Source of the DNA: Candidatus Thalassarchaeum sp.
GTDB taxonomy: Archaea; Thermoplasmatota; Poseidoniia; Poseidoniales; Thalassarchaeaceae
Assembly: GCA_030748335.1 (NCBI GenBank)
Contig: JASMMD010000003.1
Span: forward strand, 1 to 56,690
Reading direction: 5' to 3'
Length of the DNA stretch: 56,690 nucleotides
The notes beneath the pieces are model-generated. The model worked only from the letters and a program-made list of their open reading frames with translations. It made no database searches and was not told where the DNA came from. A program made the translations under genes and the position numbers. This document shows positions 30,972 to 39,359 of this stretch, piece after piece (position 1 is the stretch's first letter; every line of letters starts with the position of its first letter).

Positions 30972-31415
30972 TCACATCTGCTCGAAAATCTGTTGCATCC
31001 CAACTATCAGATTCATAGTCTCCTCGAGACAACCCGTCTGAGTCACCCGGCCAATGATTTCGCCGTCCGCGTTTACCACGTATAGCCGACGAATCTCCTC
31101 CATCAACAGCATTTTCAGGACCGAACCTACGGGCAGATCCTCTTCGATAGTCACTAGGGGGTAACTCATGATGTCACTCAATTCCATCTCAGAAGGGTCT
31201 TCACCCGGACGGAAGCATTTTCTGAGCAAGTCTCTCTCTGTCACAACTCCTTCAGGCTGCCCCCTACGGGTCACAATGACAGACCAGACTCCAGCATTAT
31301 GCATGGATTCCATCGCCTCGGTGACTTTCGTACGTTCACTCAGGCAAACCACGTTATTGTCAATCATCTTGCTCATGCTGAATTCGAAATTCATCATCCA
31401 TCCCTTATCATTCAA
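30972..31415 (-). CDS. Tandem CBS-domain protein
   Basis: GVVTERDL, DIMSYPLVTI and IRRLYVV...GEIIG motifs. Confidence 0.9.
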   Translation of the reverse strand: MNDKGWMMNFEFSMSKMIDNNVVCLSERTKVTEAMESMHNAGVWSVIVTRRGQPEGVVTERDLLRKCFRPGEDPSEMELSDIMSYPLVTIEEDLPVGSVLKMLLMEEIRRLYVVNADGEIIGRVTQTGCLEETMNLIVGMQQIFEQM

Positions 31416-31445
31416 TTTCCTGCACTACAGAATAGGTTCCCGGCT

Positions 31446-32879
31446 TTACTCGCCGTTTTCGTCATAGACAGTCGTGTCTTCAGCACCAGTGACTTCGATG
31501 ATTCCGATAGCTCCCTTGTGGAAAGCACGGGTCAAAGCGTGGTCAACTAGGATGTAGTTTGCTGGTACTTCGAATGATAGGTCGACAACAACTGCTCCAC
31601 CAGGTGGTACGAGTACAGTTTGTACACTCACCATAGGATCATCACCTACGGCTCCATAATTCCAAACAGTGTCAAAGATTTCTCCGATGACGTGGAAGGA
31701 TGAGATTGTGTTAGGCCCCCCAACTCCGAAGTAAATTCGCATGGTTTCACCAACGTTTGCCTTGATGGTGTTCTCTCCGGTGAATCCGTGGAACTTGCCG
31801 TTGAAGACAACATATGTTGGGTTTTCATCGAACATTGCAACATCGTCGAACTCTTGGTGACCATCCGTTCCAGGCTTCCACTTTGTGTAAATGTCGCCTT
31901 GCATGATGTAAATCTCTTTGTCAACTGTCGGGAGAGGAGTCTCCGGCTCGATGAGAATCATTCCATACATTCCCTTGCTGATGTGAGTTGGCACGTCAGG
32001 TGTGGCACAGTGGTAGACGAATAGTCCAGCGTGTTGTGCAAGGAAGGAGAAGGAAGTAGTCTCTCCAGGTGCGGTTCCGGTAGCTGCTGCCCCGCCTCCT
32101 TGCCCAGTAACTGCGTGAAAGTCGACGTTGTGGTTCATTGTGCTCTCAGCGTTATTGCTGAAGTGAACGACCACAGTGTCCCCAACACGTGCTCGGAACA
32201 TTGGACCAGGAACTGTACCATTATATGTCCAGTAGGCGAAAGTTGTACCATCTTCAATCTCTGCAGTCACTTCGACAGCTTCCATGTAAATATGAACAGT
32301 TTCAGCTATATCACGGTCGATCGGTGCTGGCATCAAGAAAGGATTGCGGGAAATATCGTCAGTATCTACAGCGAGTGCAGCACCAATTTCCTCAACAATT
32401 GCTCCGGTGTTACCACCTTCGCCGACAATGAATGCGCCTTCCATGCCGCCGGAACGGTGGCCTGGAATTGTACAGTAGTAAGCGAATGTCCCTTCATCGT
32501 CTGCGATGAAAGTAAAGGAATCTTGGCTTCCTTCAGCATTCAATTGCTCAGTAGCGATGTTGTATCCTTCGATTTCAATATCGTGGATATTGATTTCTCC
32601 CATGGTTAGTGTTATGGTGACTTGGTCACCAACATCAACAGCAAGATCAGGATTTACTAATCCGTCAATATCGCCACCGACACCAATAAATTGCATCATT
32701 TCGGCACGCAGTGTGTAGGAAACTTCGTCGAATGTAACAACTGGTACACACTCATCTCCAACTAGTCCTGTGCCATCACCGCACACAATATCAGGGCCTC
32801 CTCCAACACACCCCGCAATCGAAGTAACTATCAACAGCAATGCCAAGGAAGTCGCTCCAGTTTTCTTCATTCCATTCAT
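31446..32879 (-). CDS. nirK: Copper-containing nitrite reductase with N-terminal lipoprotein signal and extra cupredoxin domain
   Basis: IAGC lipobox; extra type-1 Cu site (H...YYCTIPGHRSGGM); core motifs TVPGP, HNVDFH, YHCATP..PTHISKGMYG, SSFHVIGE and LVDH. Start ATG 32879 or 32870. Confidence 0.93.
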   Translation of the reverse strand: MNGMKKTGATSLALLLIVTSIAGCVGGGPDIVCGDGTGLVGDECVPVVTFDEVSYTLRAEMMQFIGVGGDIDGLVNPDLAVDVGDQVTITLTMGEINIHDIEIEGYNIATEQLNAEGSQDSFTFIADDEGTFAYYCTIPGHRSGGMEGAFIVGEGGNTGAIVEEIGAALAVDTDDISRNPFLMPAPIDRDIAETVHIYMEAVEVTAEIEDGTTFAYWTYNGTVPGPMFRARVGDTVVVHFSNNAESTMNHNVDFHAVTGQGGGAAATGTAPGETTSFSFLAQHAGLFVYHCATPDVPTHISKGMYGMILIEPETPLPTVDKEIYIMQGDIYTKWKPGTDGHQEFDDVAMFDENPTYVVFNGKFHGFTGENTIKANVGETMRIYFGVGGPNTISSFHVIGEIFDTVWNYGAVGDDPMVSVQTVLVPPGGAVVVDLSFEVPANYILVDHALTRAFHKGAIGIIEVTGAEDTTVYDENGE

Positions 32880-32967
32880 TTTCACTATCTTATTTTTCAA
32901 GGTCTTCTCCTCCGCGGGTTTTGCCCACAATGGGTAGGGGAATGAAACCTAACTTACAACATAGTCA

Positions 32968-33020
32968 CGAACATGGGAGGTGTTTGAAATCACACCTAGT
33001 GCCTGTTCGGAGATGTTCGG
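32968..33020. promoter_or_regulatory. Putative operator region upstream of nirK (CGAACATGGG at 32968; CGGAGATGTTCG at 33008)
   Basis: Same two-site layout and about 40-bp spacing as 26448/26487, with a shared AATCACAC between the sites. Confidence 0.55.
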
Positions 33021-33056
33021 AACAGGAGTTAGGGCAGACTCCGGAATTCCAATCCT

Positions 33057-33491
33057 GTGGCATTTGATTTACACACCTTGAGATTGGCAGGCGGAGAGGC
33101 AGCTGCACAGTGGGCAATGGAGCAGGAGAACTGGGTTATCATCGGTATCGACCACGAGGAGGACCACCTTAGTCTGAGATTAGTCAGAGAGTTGCAGAAA
33201 CTCGGTAAATCGGTACATCTGGTTTGTCCTAGATGTGCTAGGGATGGAATCAAGCTGCTCGGTCTGCCAGTTTACGAGTTCATCGAGGACATAGACGAGC
33301 AGGTGGATGTCATCAGCCTGCATGGAGACGTGGATCAGTGGACATTAGCCCCTCATATCTCACAGAGAATGCAGTGGTACGGAGACATCAAGGTGATTTG
33401 GCCTCCCGAGAATTTAGTCGACGATAGGTGGGTGTCCGAGATGTACGATTACGGAATTGCAGTTGCCTACAACTGTCGGCTGCCCATATAG
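33057..33491 (+). CDS. CoA-binding-domain protein (YccU-like), divergent
   Basis: W.IIG......S..L...L...GK.V..V.P.....LGLPVY..I.DI...VD.I...W.......G.....NC pattern. Confidence 0.65.
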   Translation: MAFDLHTLRLAGGEAAAQWAMEQENWVIIGIDHEEDHLSLRLVRELQKLGKSVHLVCPRCARDGIKLLGLPVYEFIEDIDEQVDVISLHGDVDQWTLAPHISQRMQWYGDIKVIWPPENLVDDRWVSEMYDYGIAVAYNCRLPI

Positions 33492-33507
33492 AGGCCGATT
33501 CGGATTC

Positions 33508-34398
33508 TCAATTCCCATCGAACTCTGGTACTTCTCGCTTGACGTAGGCGGCTATGCCCTTCTTGGCATCACCGCTTTGGAAGAGGTCTGACTGCAACTC
33601 CCTCTCGAGAGCGAGATGGTACTCAAGAGGTATTTCCATGCCGCTCTGGACACTGCGCTTGATGTTCCCAATTGCCTTGCTGGCAGCATAGGGTAGGGTG
33701 AACTGGCCAGCGTAGTCTAGGATGTCCTGGCGAAACTCGTCGAGGCTACCGGCCCAGACGTCATGAACTAGATCCATTTCCTTAGCTTCCTCATACGAGA
33801 ACTTACGTCCAGTGACCATAATCTCCATTGCCTTCGCTTTACCGACCAGACGAGACAGTCTGGCGGTTCCGCCGGTACCCGCGAGGACGCCTAGGGAGAC
33901 CTCGGGCAGACCGACCTGTCCAGAGTCCTTGCGACCGATTCGAATGTCGGCCGCCATGGCAATTTCGAGGCCGCCTCCGACGGCGTGACCGTTGAGGGCG
34001 GCGATAACGAGCTTGGGGGTCTGCTCAAGCCTGCTCAGGGTCTCGTTGGCGTGAAGGCAGAAGAAATACTTGAATCCAGGACTGACAGAATCAAGCATAC
34101 TGATGCTGGCTCCTGCTGAGAAGAACTTCTCGCCGTGCCCTGTCAGCATGATTACCGTCACATCATCGTCGAAGCGAGCCTTCAGTACGGCCTCGTCGAT
34201 GTCCCGCATCATCGCGTGGGTGTAGGTGTTCACCGGGGTCTTTCCCTCGGTCAATGGGTCACCGGCCGAATCTGAGCACAGCTCGATGACGGCTATTCCG
34301 TTGTCCGTCACGCCGTAGTTCACGAGGTTGTTCGGCATTGGCTGCATATCTGGCCAAGAGGTCATGCCTGCGCCAATGAGGGACTCCATATCAACCAA
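33508..34398 (-). CDS. Crotonase-family enzyme, candidate BoxC-like ring-cleavage hydrolase
   Basis: FFSAGASI, HAVGGGLEIAMAAD and GLPEVSLGVLAGTGGT motifs; FCLHANETL segment recalls Box-pathway crotonases. Confidence 0.8.
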   Translation of the reverse strand: MVDMESLIGAGMTSWPDMQPMPNNLVNYGVTDNGIAVIELCSDSAGDPLTEGKTPVNTYTHAMMRDIDEAVLKARFDDDVTVIMLTGHGEKFFSAGASISMLDSVSPGFKYFFCLHANETLSRLEQTPKLVIAALNGHAVGGGLEIAMAADIRIGRKDSGQVGLPEVSLGVLAGTGGTARLSRLVGKAKAMEIMVTGRKFSYEEAKEMDLVHDVWAGSLDEFRQDILDYAGQFTLPYAASKAIGNIKRSVQSGMEIPLEYHLALERELQSDLFQSGDAKKGIAAYVKREVPEFDGN

Positions 34399-34419
34399 AC
34401 GGAGCAGGAAGGACGCCTT

Positions 34420-35646
34420 TCAGGCGTCGCTCTCACCGAACGAGGTCCTGCCCCCTCCTCTGCGAATCACATCCCACTCGTCGCCTATCTCCTCGGCCCT
34501 CGGGCTTGGTTCCCAGACATCGCGAGCAAGCGACTTCCTGAACGGCATGCGACTGACCACCCTGCCGTCGGCGAGCTGCTTTCTACGGAGCATCCCGAGT
34601 CTGACCACCGGCCACAGGAGCCGGCGCATCAGGCCGGGCTTATACAGCCAGCGCATGAAGGCGAGCCCGTCTCCCTTCCTGCGTTGGTCTCTCATCCAGT
34701 GGTTGGCAACCATCTTGAATCCGCGATTCCCTACCCTGTTCATCAGGAATCGGTTGATGGCACTGGCTCTAACCAATGGCACCAGACCCTTGCGGACCTC
34801 GGTCTCGTAGTTGCACTCGCCTAGCACCGCTTTGGCGGCGAGTACACCGCTGGTGACGGCGTACCGCATTCCAAAACCCCACATGAAGTCCTGCAGTCCT
34901 CCCGCCTCGCCCACGTAATAGCGACCCTCGTGGATGTACTTGTCAGGCATCGAGAAGTCTCCCTTACCTCCGACCCTCTTTATCGGCTTGCGATTCAACT
35001 CGTAGTGCTGCTCGTACCACGCGATGGTCTCGTTGAGGTAGCGCGAGGTCCTCTTCTGTTGGCGCCATAGGCAGGTGCAAATCAGGCCTATGCCGTCAAT
35101 CACGATGAGGTAGGAATACGCTCCCGGAGCGAGTTTGTCATTCAGTTGGAAGGTGACGTGATTGGGGTGGTCGGTGTGGAATATCTCCCCGAAGGCCACC
35201 GCACTGGACTCCTTAGGACCGGCGGCTACTATGTGACAGTCCTCGGGACTCCTACGCGTGTCGTAGTGGATTTGCGCTCCAGCCTCCAGTGCCATTCGCT
35301 TGAAGCCCTGGTCGATGCAGTGTTCGGCAGTTCCACGCTCCACGACTCGGAAAGCTACACTCGAGGTTCGCGGTTGAGTTACCTCGTCGTCAGGGTGGAC
35401 TAGATCGATGACATCAAACGCGTCGGATTTGAACTGCTCAGGGTCGAAGCCCCAGCCACGCATCTCGTCAAAGAAGTCGGAGCCGCTGGTCCAGTTCTCA
35501 ATGCCTTGGAAGTCTCCGTCGAAGCGAGCACCGCTGTCCGAGCGGATTTCGTGGACGTGGACCTCTCGCCCAGCCTTCGCAAGGTAGGCTGCCGCGGCGA
35601 GGCCCGACAGGCCCGCTCCGAGGACGTGGATTGGCTCACTGCTCAC
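34420..35646 (-). CDS. FAD-dependent oxidoreductase, geranylgeranyl-reductase family
   Basis: GAGLSGL dinucleotide motif, APGAYSY, VGEAGG.QD..WGFGMRYA..SG. Confidence 0.75.
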   Translation of the reverse strand: MSSEPIHVLGAGLSGLAAAAYLAKAGREVHVHEIRSDSGARFDGDFQGIENWTSGSDFFDEMRGWGFDPEQFKSDAFDVIDLVHPDDEVTQPRTSSVAFRVVERGTAEHCIDQGFKRMALEAGAQIHYDTRRSPEDCHIVAAGPKESSAVAFGEIFHTDHPNHVTFQLNDKLAPGAYSYLIVIDGIGLICTCLWRQQKRTSRYLNETIAWYEQHYELNRKPIKRVGGKGDFSMPDKYIHEGRYYVGEAGGLQDFMWGFGMRYAVTSGVLAAKAVLGECNYETEVRKGLVPLVRASAINRFLMNRVGNRGFKMVANHWMRDQRRKGDGLAFMRWLYKPGLMRRLLWPVVRLGMLRRKQLADGRVVSRMPFRKSLARDVWEPSPRAEEIGDEWDVIRRGGGRTSFGESDA

Positions 35647-35726
35647 ATCTCCGCGACTTCAGCCCCCTCGCTTGAACGGTTGGGTCGAGTCCGTCGCGTT
35701 CAAGCGCAGCACCCGGATGGCACTGC

Positions 35727-36149
35727 ATGACGCGAGCACGGGCACTCATCGAGCCAGAGCGTCTGGACCCTGAGGCACTCCGCGAGATGCTGGATTCAGA
35801 GGGCTGCGGGAGCGTGGTCAGCTTCGTTGGTCTGACGCGAGGTGAGGAAGGAGGGACGAAGGTCGAGCGACTCGAGTTCGATGCATGGGAGGAAAGACTA
35901 CCCGGAGTGCTGAATGAGCTCGCAGAGCGGGCCATCGAGCTATTCGGCGTACTCTCAGTGGTGATGGCCCACCGCACCGGCTCGGTCGGCCCGGGCGAGC
36001 CCATCGTGTGCATCCACGTCGCCTCGCCTCATAGGGCCGAGGGCTTCGAGGCCTGCAGCTGGCTGATTGACGAACTGAAGCGGCAGGCCCCGCTATGGAA
36101 GAAGGAGATCAGAGCCGACGGCGAGGTCTGGAAGGCCGGCCTCGGATGA
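35727..36149 (+). CDS. moaE: Molybdopterin synthase catalytic subunit
   Basis: G.VVSFVG.TR, HRTG, SPHR..GF.AC...IDELK..APLWKKE motifs. Confidence 0.93.
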   Translation: MTRARALIEPERLDPEALREMLDSEGCGSVVSFVGLTRGEEGGTKVERLEFDAWEERLPGVLNELAERAIELFGVLSVVMAHRTGSVGPGEPIVCIHVASPHRAEGFEACSWLIDELKRQAPLWKKEIRADGEVWKAGLG

Positions 36150-37487
36150 CTACATCGTACTACTGACATCTGCCACTGCGCCCGGGACGTTCGACGCTAT
36201 TCCCTCGACCATCATCCAGCCATGACCCTTGACTCCATCACCGACGAGGCGAATCCCATCTACCCCCACGTCGGAGGGCAGTTCTGCGCCTTGTGGGGCG
36301 CGGTTGCACGGCCAGTTCCTGTGATAGGTATGGACGCAAAGCTCCTCACCGTGGTCGGCGAGCCACGGGATGGCCTCGTAGAGGTCCTCGCGACCCTTGG
36401 AAATCTCGGACTTCACGCTCGGGTCCGGTACGTACTGGTGCGTGATCATCATGTGCTTGCCTTCGGGTGCTAGACTGGGGTCCGAGAAGGTCGGGATGAC
36501 GTAGCCCCCGACCCTGTCCAAGCCGGGCAGCATGGTCACCCCGCTTCCTCGATGGGGGATGTCGTCATCCAGAGCGAACACGAAGCCGATGCCACCCACG
36601 GCCTGAGTGTCGCGGACCTGCTCCCTGACTCCGTCTGTCACTTCGAAGTCGTCAGAGAGCGCCTTCAGCAGGTTCGGATGGCCGCCGTTGTGGATGATAG
36701 CATCCGCCCCCACCCATACCCCCTCGTCGCGACCGCGACGCCTGACGCCGATGCAGAAGCGATTGCCCTTGGTGGACTCCTCAGCATCTCCGGGCAAGAT
36801 CTCGGTGACCTCGTGGGACAGCTTGACACGGGCCCCGTTCTCGCGCAGGTCGGCCCTCAGGCCGTCGATGACCCCCTTGCATCCTCCTTTGGGCACATGT
36901 GGTCTGTCGCTCCAGAATGAGTTCTGCAGCATCCTCACTACAGTCGAGGCAGGCATCTGCTCGAACCTCAGACTGATGGCGAAGTTGGAGAAGGCATCGA
37001 CAAAGTCGATGAAGTCGGGAGAGAAGTACCTCGACATCCAGGTCTTGCCGTCCTCGGTCTCATTCCCCCATGGCTTCTTGGCCGGCTTCATCAGCAGTCG
37101 CGGCAGGTTCAGCGTGTCCTTGAGGGTGAACCACGGCAGCACACCGTAGATTGAGTTGGCCCGGTACAGCCTGCCGTCCTTAATCTGGCAAGCGAACTTG
37201 GTGGTGGGCAGGAAATCGACCCCGTGCCGACCGAGATTGAGCCCGCCTCTGCTGCGCTTGCCTAGAATCAGTCTAGCGAAAGGTCCCTTTTTTCCATGAG
37301 GAATCATGTGGACAGCGCCGGTGGGAATCTGGAAACCATCGTGATCGTGCTGGGTGAACCTACCTCCGGCGAAGGACATCCTCTCGTACACAGTGACCTC
37401 GTGTTCGCCCGCCTGCGCGAGGCTGGCAGCGGATGCCAGGCCCCCGACACCCGCGCCAATGACTACTGCCTTCCCTGGCTCGCCCAT
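36150..37487 (-). CDS. Phytoene-desaturase-like FAD-dependent oxidoreductase
   Basis: VIGAGVGGL, GGRF...DGFQIPTGA.HMIPHG, PKGGC, DPSLAPEGKH and LVGD motifs. Confidence 0.8.
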   Translation of the reverse strand: MGEPGKAVVIGAGVGGLASAASLAQAGEHEVTVYERMSFAGGRFTQHDHDGFQIPTGAVHMIPHGKKGPFARLILGKRSRGGLNLGRHGVDFLPTTKFACQIKDGRLYRANSIYGVLPWFTLKDTLNLPRLLMKPAKKPWGNETEDGKTWMSRYFSPDFIDFVDAFSNFAISLRFEQMPASTVVRMLQNSFWSDRPHVPKGGCKGVIDGLRADLRENGARVKLSHEVTEILPGDAEESTKGNRFCIGVRRRGRDEGVWVGADAIIHNGGHPNLLKALSDDFEVTDGVREQVRDTQAVGGIGFVFALDDDIPHRGSGVTMLPGLDRVGGYVIPTFSDPSLAPEGKHMMITHQYVPDPSVKSEISKGREDLYEAIPWLADHGEELCVHTYHRNWPCNRAPQGAELPSDVGVDGIRLVGDGVKGHGWMMVEGIASNVPGAVADVSSTM

Positions 37488-37496
37488 CCGTCCACC

Positions 37497-37757
37497 TCAG
37501 GAGTAAACCAACGCTCCTGTCGGACACCAGAGCAGGCACCTCAGACAGTCTGTGCAGTTGTCCTCTATCACTTCGCAAAGACCCTCCACGATGAGAGCAT
37601 CGTCCTTGCAGGCCATCAGGCAGTACGAGCAGCCGACACAGAGCTCGTCGATGACGTTGAGCTTCACTCCGTCAGTGATTGGCCTGTCATGGGTGATGCC
37701 CGACTCCAGCTCCGGAACCGCGCCCGGAGTCGCCTTGCTTCGAAACGCCTCGGCCAC
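37497..37757 (-). CDS. 2x[4Fe-4S] ferredoxin
   Basis: CVGCSYCLMAC and CTDCLRCLLWCP motifs. Confidence 0.88.
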   Translation of the reverse strand: MAEAFRSKATPGAVPELESGITHDRPITDGVKLNVIDELCVGCSYCLMACKDDALIVEGLCEVIEDNCTDCLRCLLWCPTGALVYS

Positions 37758-37884
37758 GGCATCCCATTGCCGCCGAGTATTTCAGGTGTTATCCACAGTC
37801 TCGCCACATAGCCAAATCTGCCAGTCCGCCGGTTTCCTGAATAGTGATGATGGGCTCGCGTGCCCCGAGGGCGGGGTGCGTACT

Positions 37885-38346
37885 ATGGACGAGGAGTCGT
37901 GGACGGGGATAGTCGACGTCGGTTCCAAGCCCGTGGTGTCGCGAGAGGCCGTCGCCACCGGGCTGTTGATTCTGTCCGAGGAAGGCCTCGACGTCGTCGC
38001 CAACGGCCGCTCCCCCAAGGGCGATGTCAGGGAGGCATCGACAGTCGCTGCCATACAGGCGGTGAAGGAGACCCCTCGAACCCTGCCTCACTGCCATCCC
38101 ATCCCCATCGAGGGCTGTACTGTCGATTGGAGGGTCGAGGAGAACGGACTGCGCTGCACTGTCTCCGTACGCACTCACTGGACCACCGGTGTGGAGATGG
38201 AGGCTTTGTGCGGTGTCAATGCAGGTCTGCTGTGCGCATGGGACATGCTCAAGCCTATCGAGAAGGATCCTCAGGGCCAGTATCCGACTTCTAGGATGGA
38301 AGGGATCCGGGTTTTGCGAAAGAGCAAGGGCGACCCGCATGATTGA
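37885..38346 (+). CDS. moaC: Cyclic pyranopterin monophosphate synthase
   Basis: VDVG.K....R.A.A, KGDV, AVK.T...PHCHP, TGVEMEAL and WDMLK motifs; start ATG 37885. Confidence 0.93.
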   Translation: MDEESWTGIVDVGSKPVVSREAVATGLLILSEEGLDVVANGRSPKGDVREASTVAAIQAVKETPRTLPHCHPIPIEGCTVDWRVEENGLRCTVSVRTHWTTGVEMEALCGVNAGLLCAWDMLKPIEKDPQGQYPTSRMEGIRVLRKSKGDPHD

Positions 38347-39318
38347 ATGCTGAGGCGTATTCGGCGAAGCGTGGCAACCACCGACCTCGTCCAGCACTTC
38401 CTGCAGGCGACCGAGGCTGCGGCTGTAGCGGCCTCGGCGTGGAGAGGTCTGGGTGACCGAAAGGCCGCGGACGGAGCAGCCGTTGAGGCAATGCGCGAGG
38501 TGTTCGACAGCGTTCCCTTCGACGGACGCGTCGCAATCGGTGAGGGTGAGCGCGACGACGCCCCGATGCTGTGGATCGGGGAACCCCTCGGGTCGATGCA
38601 GGGCGTACCCCACGCACCTTCCATCGACATCGCAGTCGATCCACTGGAGTGCACCAATCACGTCGCACTCGATCTCCCCAACGCAATGGCGGTCCTAGCA
38701 GCAGCTCCTCGTGGCAGTCTGCTACACGCTCCCGACTGCTACATGGACAAGATAGCCGGACCTGCAGCCCTCACGGGAGAGGTCAGCCTAGAGGCCGACA
38801 CCTCGTACAATGTCGAGGCCGCCGCCGCCGCCCTCGCCAAGCCACCCTCGCAACTGCGAGTGGTGGTCATGGACAGACCGAGACACGAGCAGCTGATACG
38901 CGAGTTGAAGCAGCACGATGTGGATATAGTGCTCATCGGAGACGGCGATATCGCCGCTGCCCTCAACGCCGCCGACCCCAACTCTGACATCGACATGCTG
39001 ATGGGGATAGGGGCTGCCCCTGAGGGGGTAATCACGGCGACTGCCCTGAGGGGCTTGAAGGCCCCATTCGAGGGGCGGCTTGTATTCAAGAATGAGGGCC
39101 ACCGCGAGCGCGCCGAGGCCATGATTGAGGATGACGTGGACAGGCTCTGGGGTCGCGACGAGCTCTGCTCCTCGGATGACTCCGTTTTCATCGGCTCGGG
39201 GGTCTGTCCCGGCCGGACCCGAGGCGTCGAGCAAACTGAGGACGGCAGGCACTCGATTCACTCTGAGGTGATAGATGTGAAATCCGGTGAGCACTACTTC
39301 GTGTCCTCGGTGCGATGA
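38347..39318 (+). CDS. glpX: Class II fructose-1,6-bisphosphatase
   Basis: ATEAAA, AADGAAV.AMR, IGEGERD.APML, DIAVDPLE, YMDK, DRPRH, DGD and G.G.APEGV motifs. Confidence 0.93.
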   Translation: MLRRIRRSVATTDLVQHFLQATEAAAVAASAWRGLGDRKAADGAAVEAMREVFDSVPFDGRVAIGEGERDDAPMLWIGEPLGSMQGVPHAPSIDIAVDPLECTNHVALDLPNAMAVLAAAPRGSLLHAPDCYMDKIAGPAALTGEVSLEADTSYNVEAAAAALAKPPSQLRVVVMDRPRHEQLIRELKQHDVDIVLIGDGDIAAALNAADPNSDIDMLMGIGAAPEGVITATALRGLKAPFEGRLVFKNEGHRERAEAMIEDDVDRLWGRDELCSSDDSVFIGSGVCPGRTRGVEQTEDGRHSIHSEVIDVKSGEHYFVSSVR

Positions 39319-39359
39319 GTTCTTCTCCTACTACCCTCACGTGGGCACGAGGTCAGAGG

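Noticed and set aside
22047..33491. tRNA-Pro as the attachment site of an integrated element containing the island
   Set aside because: No integrase or transposase and no duplicated tRNA 3' end seen; genes next to the tRNA look like core metabolism.
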